Assembly: GCA_045588165.1 (NCBI GenBank)
Contig: JAZNDP010000066.1
Coordinates: forward strand, 1,614-65,613
Direction: 5' to 3'
Source: Eubacteriales bacterium
GTDB taxonomy: Bacteria > Bacillota > Clostridia > Oscillospirales > CAG-272
DNA: 64,000 bases
Shown: piece by piece, positions 1 to 7,623 of the stretch
Numbering within the stretch: position 1 is the stretch's first letter
How the letters are laid out: every line of letters begins with the position of its first letter
The notes under the pieces: model-generated
Told to the model about the DNA's origin: nothing
The model's database searches: none
Seen by the model: the letters and a program-made list of their open reading frames with translations, nothing else
Position numbers and translations under genes: made by a program

Positions 1-374
1 CGGGCGGCAAGGGAGGAGATCGCAACGCAGCCGCTTCCTGTACAGAGATCGATGAAGCGAGCGCGCTCGGGCAGCATGCGGACCGCCAATTCTACCAATT
101 TCTCGGTGTCTTGTCTTGGAATCAGGGTATCCTCGGTAATCCGATAGGTCTCATGGCAGAAATCCCAATAACCGAGAATATATTGCAGAGGATAATGAGA
201 GCACCGCTTGATCAGAGCGGTCTCCAGTTCGGGCGAATCAAAATTTTCTTCCCGTCGCAGGAGAAGCTCTGCTTGATTGATGCCGCAAAAGCGACAGATC
301 AGCATAGATGCCTCGGCGCGGTCGTTCTCAATTCCTGCCTCAGCAAGGGCAATACAGATCTCGTTATAGGTCAT
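1..374 (-). CDS. prmC: Release-factor glutamine methyltransferase PrmC/HemK, N-terminal part (runs off left edge)
   Basis: Own minus-strand translation from ATG at 374: MTYNEICIALAEAG...PLQYILGYWDFCHETYRITEDTLIPRQDTEKLVE...DLCTGSGCVAISSLAA. These are HemK hallmark blocks. Absent from the ORF track because it is truncated. Confidence 0.8.
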   Translation of the reverse strand, partial: MTYNEICIALAEAGIENDRAEASMLICRFCGINQAELLLRREENFDSPELETALIKRCSHYPLQYILGYWDFCHETYRITEDTLIPRQDTEKLVELAVRMLPERARFIDLCTGSGCVAISSLAA

Positions 375-549
375 ACGGTCCTCCGAAGTTTTTTGCGATA
401 ACGATATCATTATAACAGATTTTTCCCCGTATTTCAAGAGGAAAACAAACGAAAAAAGGAAATAAAATTCAATCTTCCTTTGGGGGATATTGAGACAAAT
501 TAAAATCATCGAAGGAGAAAAATTTTTTCTAAAAAAATTCAGAATCGTC

Positions 550-577
550 TTGCATTTTTGAAAAAATATGATATACT
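550..577 (+). promoter_or_regulatory. Sigma-A-type promoter for the 622..843 gene
   Basis: TTGCAT (550-555), 16-bp spacer, TGaTATACT extended -10 (569-577). Confidence 0.55.
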
Positions 578-621
578 AATATTAGAAATCATTTTAGAGA
601 TGATAATAAGGAGGTATAACT

Positions 622-843
622 ATGAATTTCTTTCACAAGAAAAAGACCAACTACGGCAAGATCGTAGCCATCAGCGTAGCAGCGGTTGCGGTTGCAAGCG
701 CCATCGCTTACGTTGTTTACAGACTGATCAAGAAGTATACCGAGGATCTCGTATACGATTGCGATGATCTGCTGGATGAGTGCGACGAGTGCGACGTTGT
801 CATCGAGGACGAGGACGTTGAGGAGATCGCAGAGGCAGAGTAA
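622..843 (+). CDS. Small membrane-anchored protein with acidic Cys-containing tail (73 aa)
   Basis: Strong SD (AAGGAGG, 7 nt before ATG). One TM helix (IVAISVAAVAVASAIAYVVY). Tail is YDCDDLLDECDECDVVIEDEDVEEIAEAE. A terminator follows. Confidence 0.75.
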   Translation: MNFFHKKKTNYGKIVAISVAAVAVASAIAYVVYRLIKKYTEDLVYDCDDLLDECDECDVVIEDEDVEEIAEAE

Positions 844-857
844 TCTGTCTTGACGAA

Positions 858-890
858 AAGGGACTGTCCCGCGGGCAGTCCCTTTTTATT
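858..890 (+). terminator. Rho-independent terminator
   Basis: AAGGGACTG / CAGTCCCTT stem followed by TTTTTATT. Confidence 0.7.
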
Positions 891-922
891 CGTTTCGGAA
901 AATCCTTGCATTGGAGTTGCAT

Positions 923-2305
923 ATGAAAGTATTGGATACCATTGCGGCGGTAAGCACGCCTTACGGAAAGGGCGGAGTGGCGCTGATTCGGATTTCGGGA
1001 GAGGATGCCGTTTTTGTGGCGGAAAAAATATTTTCCCCCGCAAACGGGAAAAAGCTCTCGGAGATGTCTGCCGCCAAAATGACTTACGGATCGATCCATA
1101 TGCCTGACGGCAGAGAGGTGGACGATGGAATGGCGGTTTGCTTCTACGCCCCCCATTCCTTTACGGGAGAGAATACGGTGGAGATTACCTGTCACGGAGG
1201 AATTCTGGTCACCGCCAAGGTTCTTGAGGCGGCGCTGAGCGCCGGCGCTCGGGCGGCGGAGGCGGGAGAATTCACCAGACGAGCCTACGTGGGAGGAAAG
1301 CTTCGTCTTTCCGAGGCGGAGGCTTTGGGAAATCTTCTGGAGGCGAGAAGTGAAAGTCAGCTGATCCTTGCGCGGCACGGAATGCGTGGCGGTCTTGCCG
1401 ATCGTACCGAGCAGATGTATCTTGCCTTGCGGCACACCCTTACTTCGATCTGGGCGGCAATCGATTTTCCCGAGGAGGATCTTGCCGAGATGAGTCGGGA
1501 CGAAATGTGCGATGCCGTGGAGAGGAGTCTGGGACAGATTCGCGCCTTGGCGGCGACCTGGGGCACGGGACGGGCCATTACCGAAGGCGTTCCCACGGTG
1601 ATCTGCGGAAGAACCAACGCGGGAAAAAGCTCGGTCTATAACCGTATTTTAGGATATGACGCCGCCATCGTTACCGACGTGGAGGGAACCACCCGAGACG
1701 TTCTTCGGGAAACGGCGGTCATGGGAAAGACCTTACTTCTGCTATGTGATACGGCTGGACTTCGACAGACCGAGGATCGAGTGGAGAGTATCGGAATAGA
1801 GCGTACGAGGGAGGAGATGAGCCGCGCGGGTCTGATCCTTGCGGTCTTTGACGGAAGCAGAGCTCTGACAGAGGAGGATCTGGCTCTGGCGGAGCAGATC
1901 ACCCTTACCGGCGTACCTGCCATTGCTCTGATCAATAAGAGCGATCGGGAATCCCTTGCGGATATGCGGCCCATTCGTCAACGCATCACCCATACTCTTT
2001 CGGTGTCTGCCGCGGAGGGGACGGGTTTTGATGCTTTGGCGGAGACGATTGACGAGCTGTTTGTGGACGGAAGTCTGGAGCTGGGGCGTGACGCGGTGGT
2101 AACGGGGGCGCGACAGCACGCATCCCTTATGCGAGCTGCCGAGTCGCTGGAGTCGTCTCTTGCCGATCTTCGGGCAGGGCTTCCCTTGGATCTTTGCTGC
2201 GTCGGTCTGGAGCAGGCATTGACCGCTCTTGGCGAGGTGGACGGCAGGGAGCTGGGAGAGGAGATCGTCTCGGAGATCTTTTCCCGCTTCTGCGTAGGAA
2301 AATAA
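923..2305 (+). CDS. mnmE: tRNA modification GTPase MnmE (TrmE)
   Basis: MKVLDTIAAVSTPYGKGGVALIRISG N-terminus, G-domain GRTNAGKSS / DTAGLR / NKSD, C-terminal FCVGK. ATG at 923 has the better SD (TGGAG) than the TTG at 911. Confidence 0.95.
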   Translation: MKVLDTIAAVSTPYGKGGVALIRISGEDAVFVAEKIFSPANGKKLSEMSAAKMTYGSIHMPDGREVDDGMAVCFYAPHSFTGENTVEITCHGGILVTAKVLEAALSAGARAAEAGEFTRRAYVGGKLRLSEAEALGNLLEARSESQLILARHGMRGGLADRTEQMYLALRHTLTSIWAAIDFPEEDLAEMSRDEMCDAVERSLGQIRALAATWGTGRAITEGVPTVICGRTNAGKSSVYNRILGYDAAIVTDVEGTTRDVLRETAVMGKTLLLLCDTAGLRQTEDRVESIGIERTREEMSRAGLILAVFDGSRALTEEDLALAEQITLTGVPAIALINKSDRESLADMRPIRQRITHTLSVSAAEGTGFDALAETIDELFVDGSLELGRDAVVTGARQHASLMRAAESLESSLADLRAGLPLDLCCVGLEQALTALGEVDGRELGEEIVSEIFSRFCVGK

Positions 2306-2310
2306 AAGAT

Positions 2311-2349
2311 GCGAACCCAACGGTTTTTCGTTGGGTTCGCTTTTTTATT
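2311..2349. terminator. Bidirectional hairpin terminator between mnmE and the aminotransferase
   Basis: GCGAACCCAACG-gttttt-CGTTGGGTTCGC flanked by an A-run and a T-run. Confidence 0.8.
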
Positions 2350-3187
2350 CGGTTTTTTGTCGAAAGTCCTCCAGCAATGCGGAGCGAAGACGCTCCAGAA
2401 GCGCGGGGTTCTTTCCTCCCACGGGGATTCCGTCCACCTCGCAGACGGGACGGCAGATGGTACCCGATGAGGTTACGATAACCTCATTCGCTTCCATCAG
2501 CTCCTTCAGCGTGTAGGGTTCCTCATAAACGGGAATCCCAAAGCGATGGCAGGTGTCGATGAGATGTGCTCGAGCGACACCGGGAAGGATCATGTTGTCG
2601 GCGGGCGCTGTCCTCAGGCTTCCGTCTGCCTGTAGGATCGAGATATTGGAGTGGGCGCATTCGGTGACGCGGTCACCCCGATGGAAGATCGCCTCGTCCG
2701 CTCCCGCTTCGGTTGCCTGAATGGAGGCAAGAACGGTGGGAAGCAGATTCAGCGTTTTCATATTGCAGTGAAGGAAGCGGGTGTCCTCCACCGTAATGGT
2801 TTTCATGGGGGTATAGCAATCTCTTAGCTTCATGGGGCGAATGGTGACCCAGATATTCGCGGTTAGCGGGGTGGCGGGGGCGTGAGACCGCATCTCGGTG
2901 CCGCGGGAGATCTGCCAATAAACCAGCTGTTCGTCGGAATCTACCTTTTTGATCAAAGAGAGGATCAAGTCCGAGAATTCCTCCTTTGTTATGCCGATCC
3001 GAATCCCCAATGCCTCGGCGCCGATATAAAGGCGGTCCATGTGCTCGTTCAGCGCATAGGGCTTGTGGTTTCTCGTATAAACGACCTCAAACAGTCCGTC
3101 ACCGAAATAGCAGGCGCGGTCGTTCATGGGAACGCTCATATTTTCGATTAGATCGTATGTTCCGTTATAATAGCCGAGATTTTCCAT
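2345..3187 (-). CDS. Class IV aminotransferase, D-amino-acid transaminase-like
   Basis: YFGDGLFEVV, ISRGT, and catalytic-Lys block CNMKTLNLL resemble Dat/IlvE fold type IV. Start taken at MENLGYYNG (ATG 3187). Confidence 0.75.
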   Translation of the reverse strand: MENLGYYNGTYDLIENMSVPMNDRACYFGDGLFEVVYTRNHKPYALNEHMDRLYIGAEALGIRIGITKEEFSDLILSLIKKVDSDEQLVYWQISRGTEMRSHAPATPLTANIWVTIRPMKLRDCYTPMKTITVEDTRFLHCNMKTLNLLPTVLASIQATEAGADEAIFHRGDRVTECAHSNISILQADGSLRTAPADNMILPGVARAHLIDTCHRFGIPVYEEPYTLKELMEANEVIVTSSGTICRPVCEVDGIPVGGKNPALLERLRSALLEDFRQKTE

Positions 3188-3262
3188 GATAGGACGGGCA
3201 GTTCCTTTCCCAGAATTTTTTAGGGGAGAGATTTCTTCCCCTTTCATTTGAATCACAAGGGT

Positions 3263-3291
3263 ATTATATCATATCGCGGCACGCTTGTCAA
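3263..3291 (-). promoter_or_regulatory. Sigma-A promoter for the aminotransferase
   Basis: Minus strand reads TTGACA (3291-3286), 17 bp, TATAAT (3268-3263). Confidence 0.65.
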
Positions 3292-3499
3292 GAGAACGTG
3301 TGCGCGCTGTCACCTATTTTCTCCTGCGCGGAGAGCCCTCCTCGGAAGGTCCTCCGCGCAAGAGATCAGGATCTCCGTTGCTTTCTGATCCCAAAAAATT
3401 TTCGAAGGAAGGGAGCCAGAATTGCCGGAGAATGAATGAGTACAATTTTCATGAGATGATCCTTTCGTTAAAGTCAAAATGTTGAATGATCCGTAAGTA

Positions 3500-3658
3500 T
3501 CAGGGGCGGTGGCAAAGCAACAGAAGTCCCGCCAGTAACACCACTCCCGCCTCAAGGAAGGCAAGAAAATAGCCGGGGAGAAGAAAAGAGACTAAGATTC
3601 CCGCTCCGAAGCAGACGGTACAGATCCCGACCAGCCGTCTCGAATTCATCTGGCACAT
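3500..3658 (-). CDS. Small hydrophobic membrane protein (52 aa)
   Basis: GGAGGTG SD 8 nt before ATG 3658. MCQMNSRRLVGICTVCFGAGILVSFLLPGYFLAFLEAGVVLLAGLLLLCHRP has two predicted TM segments. Confidence 0.5.
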   Translation of the reverse strand: MCQMNSRRLVGICTVCFGAGILVSFLLPGYFLAFLEAGVVLLAGLLLLCHRP

Positions 3659-3778
3659 ATCACACACCTCCGTTTCTCTTTCAGTATATGCGACGGGTGC
3701 ACGGATCGTTCCTCGGGGGAAATATCTTGCGTTCATTTCTCATATAGTAAGATATAGGTATCTTTTGGGAGGATCAGA

Positions 3779-4942
3779 ATGAGCGCGATCGGTGGAGGGA
3801 TCTGTTATGGAAAAAGCCTGTCGGCATCGGAGCTGATGCTGACGATGAGTCGGGCAATGCTGCTAAGGGGAAGAGAGCAGAGAGGGGCGTATATCAGGGA
3901 GGGCGGATGGCTGTTTCATAACCGTTCATCGGCGGACGGCGGGGCGCCTTGGTTTCGACAGCCTCTTACGCTCAAAAAAGAAGGGCATCCGTATACCGTA
4001 GTATTGGACGGACGAATATGGGGCAGAGGGAACTTAAGCGGACTTTCGGGGGATATTACCTCGGAAAGTGACGCCATGCTGGCGCTGGAGTGTTATCTTG
4101 CTTATGGCGCGTCCTTTCTGAAGCACCTTGACGGCACCTTTGCTTTGGCTATCTGGGACGAGAGACGGGGGGAGCTGATCCTTGCCGTGGATCAGGATGG
4201 GAGCAGACCGCTGTTCTATCTGCAGCAGGGAGAGGAATTTTTCTTTTCCTCGGAGATCAAGGGGCTTCTTCGCGCCATGCCAAGCGGTGCTGTGATCGAC
4301 AGGCAGCGTCTGCATACGCACTTGACAGCCCCCATGGGCAGTGTTGGCGGAGGAGATCTATATCGCGGAATCGGATCCTTGCCCGCGGGGCACTGCATGA
4401 TTCTTTCCCGTATGGGGGCGGCGCTGTTTCCCTATGAGAGTGAGGGAGAGAAATCGTCGGAAACACCCAAAATAGCGATTCCTTTGGAGTGGTACTGCCC
4501 CGAGGAGGTGGGGCTGCGAGAGATGATGACCGAGATTCTCTTTGCCTTTGACTATCCTCAGTTTGATCATTGGATGCCCTCGCTTTTGCATACGATGGAT
4601 CGAAGAAAGGAGAAAAATCTGGTGGTGGCGGACGAAATCCTTCACGGAGATATCGGATATGCAAGGGAACGGGCAGACCGCTTAGGACAGAGCCGAGGGC
4701 GGGTACTGATCCCCGTTTGTGCGGAGACGGCGGTGACGAAGGAGCGGGAGCTGAAGCAAATGGATCGGAGAATGCGACACCTTTTGGAGGAGGCGGATAC
4801 CGCCGTTCTGGATCACTTGTACGGTGCGGATTGGCGTACCGCTTCGGAGCGGGAAAAGAACACCGCCAAGCGGATACGAATGCTGGGAATCCTTTATCAG
4901 AGTGTACTGTGGAATCAGCACTATTCCTTGTTTCTGGCATGA
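3779..4942 (+). CDS. Asparagine-synthase-like protein, degenerate (Ntn-amidotransferase-like N-domain, no PP-loop)
   Basis: GGGAGG SD. The N-terminus MSAIGGGI aligns with the MCGI start of class II amidotransferases. LDGTFALAIWDE and FFSSEIKGLL are AsnB-like blocks. Only 387 aa and no SGGxDS motif. Confidence 0.6.
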   Translation: MSAIGGGICYGKSLSASELMLTMSRAMLLRGREQRGAYIREGGWLFHNRSSADGGAPWFRQPLTLKKEGHPYTVVLDGRIWGRGNLSGLSGDITSESDAMLALECYLAYGASFLKHLDGTFALAIWDERRGELILAVDQDGSRPLFYLQQGEEFFFSSEIKGLLRAMPSGAVIDRQRLHTHLTAPMGSVGGGDLYRGIGSLPAGHCMILSRMGAALFPYESEGEKSSETPKIAIPLEWYCPEEVGLREMMTEILFAFDYPQFDHWMPSLLHTMDRRKEKNLVVADEILHGDIGYARERADRLGQSRGRVLIPVCAETAVTKERELKQMDRRMRHLLEEADTAVLDHLYGADWRTASEREKNTAKRIRMLGILYQSVLWNQHYSLFLA

Positions 4943-4980
4943 AAAAGGGAAGTTGTTTTTCGGTATTCTATAAAAATAAA

Positions 4981-5016
4981 AAATACGGCATATCTCGTCC
5001 GAGATATGCCGTATTT
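4981..5016. terminator. Bidirectional terminator
   Basis: AAATACGGCATATCTCG-tcc-GAGATATGCCGTATTT perfect 17-bp stem. Confidence 0.8.
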
Positions 5017-5024
5017 CAGAAAAA

Positions 5025-5843
5025 TCACTCTACCACGGTGGTGCCGTAGTCGGAGAAGGTAAGCGTAATATTGCCGGTGGTTTCGTGGTGTAACTGGTCG
5101 GTTTCGTTATACACCGCTTCGCTGATCCAGAACACGAAGGAGGTGACGCTTCCCTTTGCATCAAAGGTTACGATACCGTCCCGCATGGTTTCCATGATGT
5201 AGTAGCCGCCGTCCTGTTCCAGCTTGGTCTGTACCTCTTTTGGCATTTTGTACGCCTTCAGCTCCAGATCGTAAGCAAAGTTTTCCTTCTCGGCGAGAAG
5301 GGAGAGGAAGATGGCGAGGAACATGTCTCTTTGGTGGGCGGCCTCTTCTCCTTCGAAGGTAAGCTCATCGCCTTCGGGTTCCCCTGTTGTTGAGATGGAG
5401 GACATGGAGCGATATACCTTGTTCTCCGTGATCTTTACCACATGCTCCTGCTTTCCGTCATTGTCGGTATCAAAGGTGTAGTGAATGGTGACGTTATCGA
5501 ACTTCTGCTCGGCAACAGCGGCTTCCCATTCTTCCTCTTCTACCGCGCCCTCCAGGGTAACGTTTTCTTCACCCTTGACGGTGCCGCAGACCTTGCAGGT
5601 ATAGGTTATGTCAGCCGTGGTTTCCTCCATGGTTCCATCCTTGACAGTGCCTTCGTCCCATTCGTGTTCAGCCTTGCCATCGGTCAGGAGGCAGTTGTCG
5701 CCCATGCATTCGTGCCAGTGGTGGGTTCCGTCTGCCGCCCACTCCTCCTTGAATTCGCACACGTGCTCCTCACAAGAAGACAGCACCGCGCAAAGCGAGA
5801 GAGTGAGGATAATGGCAAGAGAAAGTGAAATCAATCTTTTCAT
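5025..5843 (-). CDS. Lipoprotein of unknown function
   Basis: MKRLISLSLAIILTLSLCAVLSSC has a signal peptide plus lipobox. AAAGGAG SD before ATG 5843. Confidence 0.7.
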   Translation of the reverse strand: MKRLISLSLAIILTLSLCAVLSSCEEHVCEFKEEWAADGTHHWHECMGDNCLLTDGKAEHEWDEGTVKDGTMEETTADITYTCKVCGTVKGEENVTLEGAVEEEEWEAAVAEQKFDNVTIHYTFDTDNDGKQEHVVKITENKVYRSMSSISTTGEPEGDELTFEGEEAAHQRDMFLAIFLSLLAEKENFAYDLELKAYKMPKEVQTKLEQDGGYYIMETMRDGIVTFDAKGSVTSFVFWISEAVYNETDQLHHETTGNITLTFSDYGTTVVE

Positions 5844-5904
5844 AATACAAACTCCTTTTCGGTTATTGGGGCAAGGGAGTCTCAGAGCTCCTTGCCGTAA
5901 CCAC

Positions 5905-5933
5905 ATTATAGCACTACGAATGGAAAAAAGCAA
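5905..5933 (-). promoter_or_regulatory. Sigma-A promoter for the lipoprotein gene
   Basis: Minus strand reads TTGCTT, 17 bp, TATAAT. Confidence 0.55.
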
Positions 5934-5983
5934 CTGTTTATTGAATTTTTTTGTTTCAAAGTAGTCGGGCTATATGCCACTCC

Positions 5984-6613
5984 TTATTCCCACGATCCGC
6001 TTTCCACGATATATATGCCGCCCTTGCGTACCGAAATGAGGGCGCAATTGCCCGTGATCTCGTTAGAAACGGCGTACTGAAAGCTTCGCTCTAAGGTCGC
6101 GTTCTTGAGGGGATATTTACAGCCCTCCACGCTGACTCCCCGCGCTCGCTCCGTGAGGGCTAGGAGAGATACGTAGCGGAAGCCGCCGCGGGCGAGCAGG
6201 GTACTGGTGGAGTGGAGAAAGCGCACTCGATTGTGACCGTTGGTGATCACGGCGTGAATCCGTTTTTTATTCAGATCCTCCAGAATGGCAAGATTGGAGA
6301 GGGTGTGATCCAGCCGACCGTCAAGCCCTCCCACGATAATGATCTCACTCGCCCCTTTTTTTACGGCGGTATCCACCGCCAGCTGGGTGTCGGTAAAATC
6401 CTTTTCCGCGGGAACCCGGAGCTTTTCTACCTTTTCCGGAATTTCGCAGTCTCCCAAGGAATCAAAGTCTCCCAGCAGAATGTCGGGGGTCTCCCCCAAA
6501 GCGACGGCGTTTTGGAACCCTCCGTCAGCGGCGATTTTCAGATCGTCCCCCTTGGGATGCTCGGTGATCCGATCGGCAAAGATTTTGCCGCCCGCATAAA
6601 TAAACGCTCTCAT
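5984..6613 (-). CDS. thiN: Thiamine diphosphokinase
   Basis: MRAFIYAGG...AADGG...LLGDFDS...GGLDGRLDH motifs. Conserved position after rsgA. Confidence 0.85.
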   Translation of the reverse strand: MRAFIYAGGKIFADRITEHPKGDDLKIAADGGFQNAVALGETPDILLGDFDSLGDCEIPEKVEKLRVPAEKDFTDTQLAVDTAVKKGASEIIIVGGLDGRLDHTLSNLAILEDLNKKRIHAVITNGHNRVRFLHSTSTLLARGGFRYVSLLALTERARGVSVEGCKYPLKNATLERSFQYAVSNEITGNCALISVRKGGIYIVESGSWE

Positions 6614-6632
6614 ATATGTACTCCTTTATGGA

Positions 6633-7607
6633 TCAATTCCATTTCTTTTTTGCCTTAAGTGTCCCGTAAAGCTCACAAAAGCTTTCGTGACGGGTGCGAG
6701 GGATTTTGCCCTCCTTCACCGCCTCCAGAATGGCGCAGCCGTCCTCCTTGGTATGGGAGCATTTGGTGTATCGACAGTTCCCGATATGGGGTACAAACTC
6801 ACGGAAGGTGGTGGGAAGATCCTCTTTATCAAAGAAATCAAAGCGCTCGAAATCCAGCATAGAAAAGCCGGGGGTGTCGGCAATGTAACCGCAGCACGCC
6901 TCTTCGGACAGACAGAAGAGCTCCACCTGTCTTGTGGTGTGGCGTCCTCGCTCGATTTTGCGGCTGATCTCCGAGGTGGAGAGCTGAAGATCGGGAAAGA
7001 GGCGATTCATCAGGGTGGACTTTCCGATGCCCGATGCTCCCGCAAAAGCGGCAATTTTGCCGTGGAGAGAGGTTTCGATATAATGACGTAGATCGGTGAT
7101 TCCTTCTTCTTTTTGCGCGCTGGTGACGAAGTAGGTAAAGCCGCAGATCTCGTATGTTTTGCGAAGCCTCTCCGCATAGTCGGGATCCAGCTCCCGTTTG
7201 GTAATGACAATCACAGGCTCGATTCCATTGAATTCGGCAATGGAGAGCAGCTTGTCCGTGGTGGTAAGAATGGGAGTGGGAGATGCCGTCGCCATGGTGA
7301 CGAACAGCACGTCCAGATTGGCAAGGGGAGGACGGATCAGCGCGCAGGAACGCTCATGGATGGAATCAATGACCGCTCCTCCACGCTCTCCCTTGTGGGA
7401 GGCTTCGCTCCCCGTCTGCTCGGCAGAATCCGAGAAAAGGACGGTAACCGTGTCGCCGGGGAGAGGGGTGATCCCCTCGTGGCGGAAGGAGCCGCGGGCG
7501 CGGCAAAGAACCTGCTCGCCTACGGGCAGGTGGCAGTCGGTGAGCAGACGGACCGTATACAGTCCGCCTACACCCTTCATAATTTTTCCGATTGCGGTTT
7601 GTTCCAT
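6633..7607 (-). CDS. rsgA: Ribosome small-subunit-dependent GTPase A
   Basis: GASGIGKSTLMN, DTPGF, and zinc knuckle CRYTKCSHTKEDGCAI. Confidence 0.92.
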   Translation of the reverse strand: MEQTAIGKIMKGVGGLYTVRLLTDCHLPVGEQVLCRARGSFRHEGITPLPGDTVTVLFSDSAEQTGSEASHKGERGGAVIDSIHERSCALIRPPLANLDVLFVTMATASPTPILTTTDKLLSIAEFNGIEPVIVITKRELDPDYAERLRKTYEICGFTYFVTSAQKEEGITDLRHYIETSLHGKIAAFAGASGIGKSTLMNRLFPDLQLSTSEISRKIERGRHTTRQVELFCLSEEACCGYIADTPGFSMLDFERFDFFDKEDLPTTFREFVPHIGNCRYTKCSHTKEDGCAILEAVKEGKIPRTRHESFCELYGTLKAKKKWN

Positions 7608-7623
7608 GAAATCACGTCCTTTT

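Noticed and set aside
111-401. 96-aa plus-strand ORF at the left edge.
   Set aside because: It is antisense to the clearly recognisable prmC N-terminus (PLQYILG, LIPRxDTE, DLCTGSG).
3366-3452. 28-aa minus-strand ORF MKIVLIHSPAILAPFLRKFFGIRKQRRS as a second small toxin-like peptide.
   Set aside because: It has only a weak AAGGA SD, no dedicated promoter or terminator that I could define, and no antisense partner. The evidence is too thin to call.
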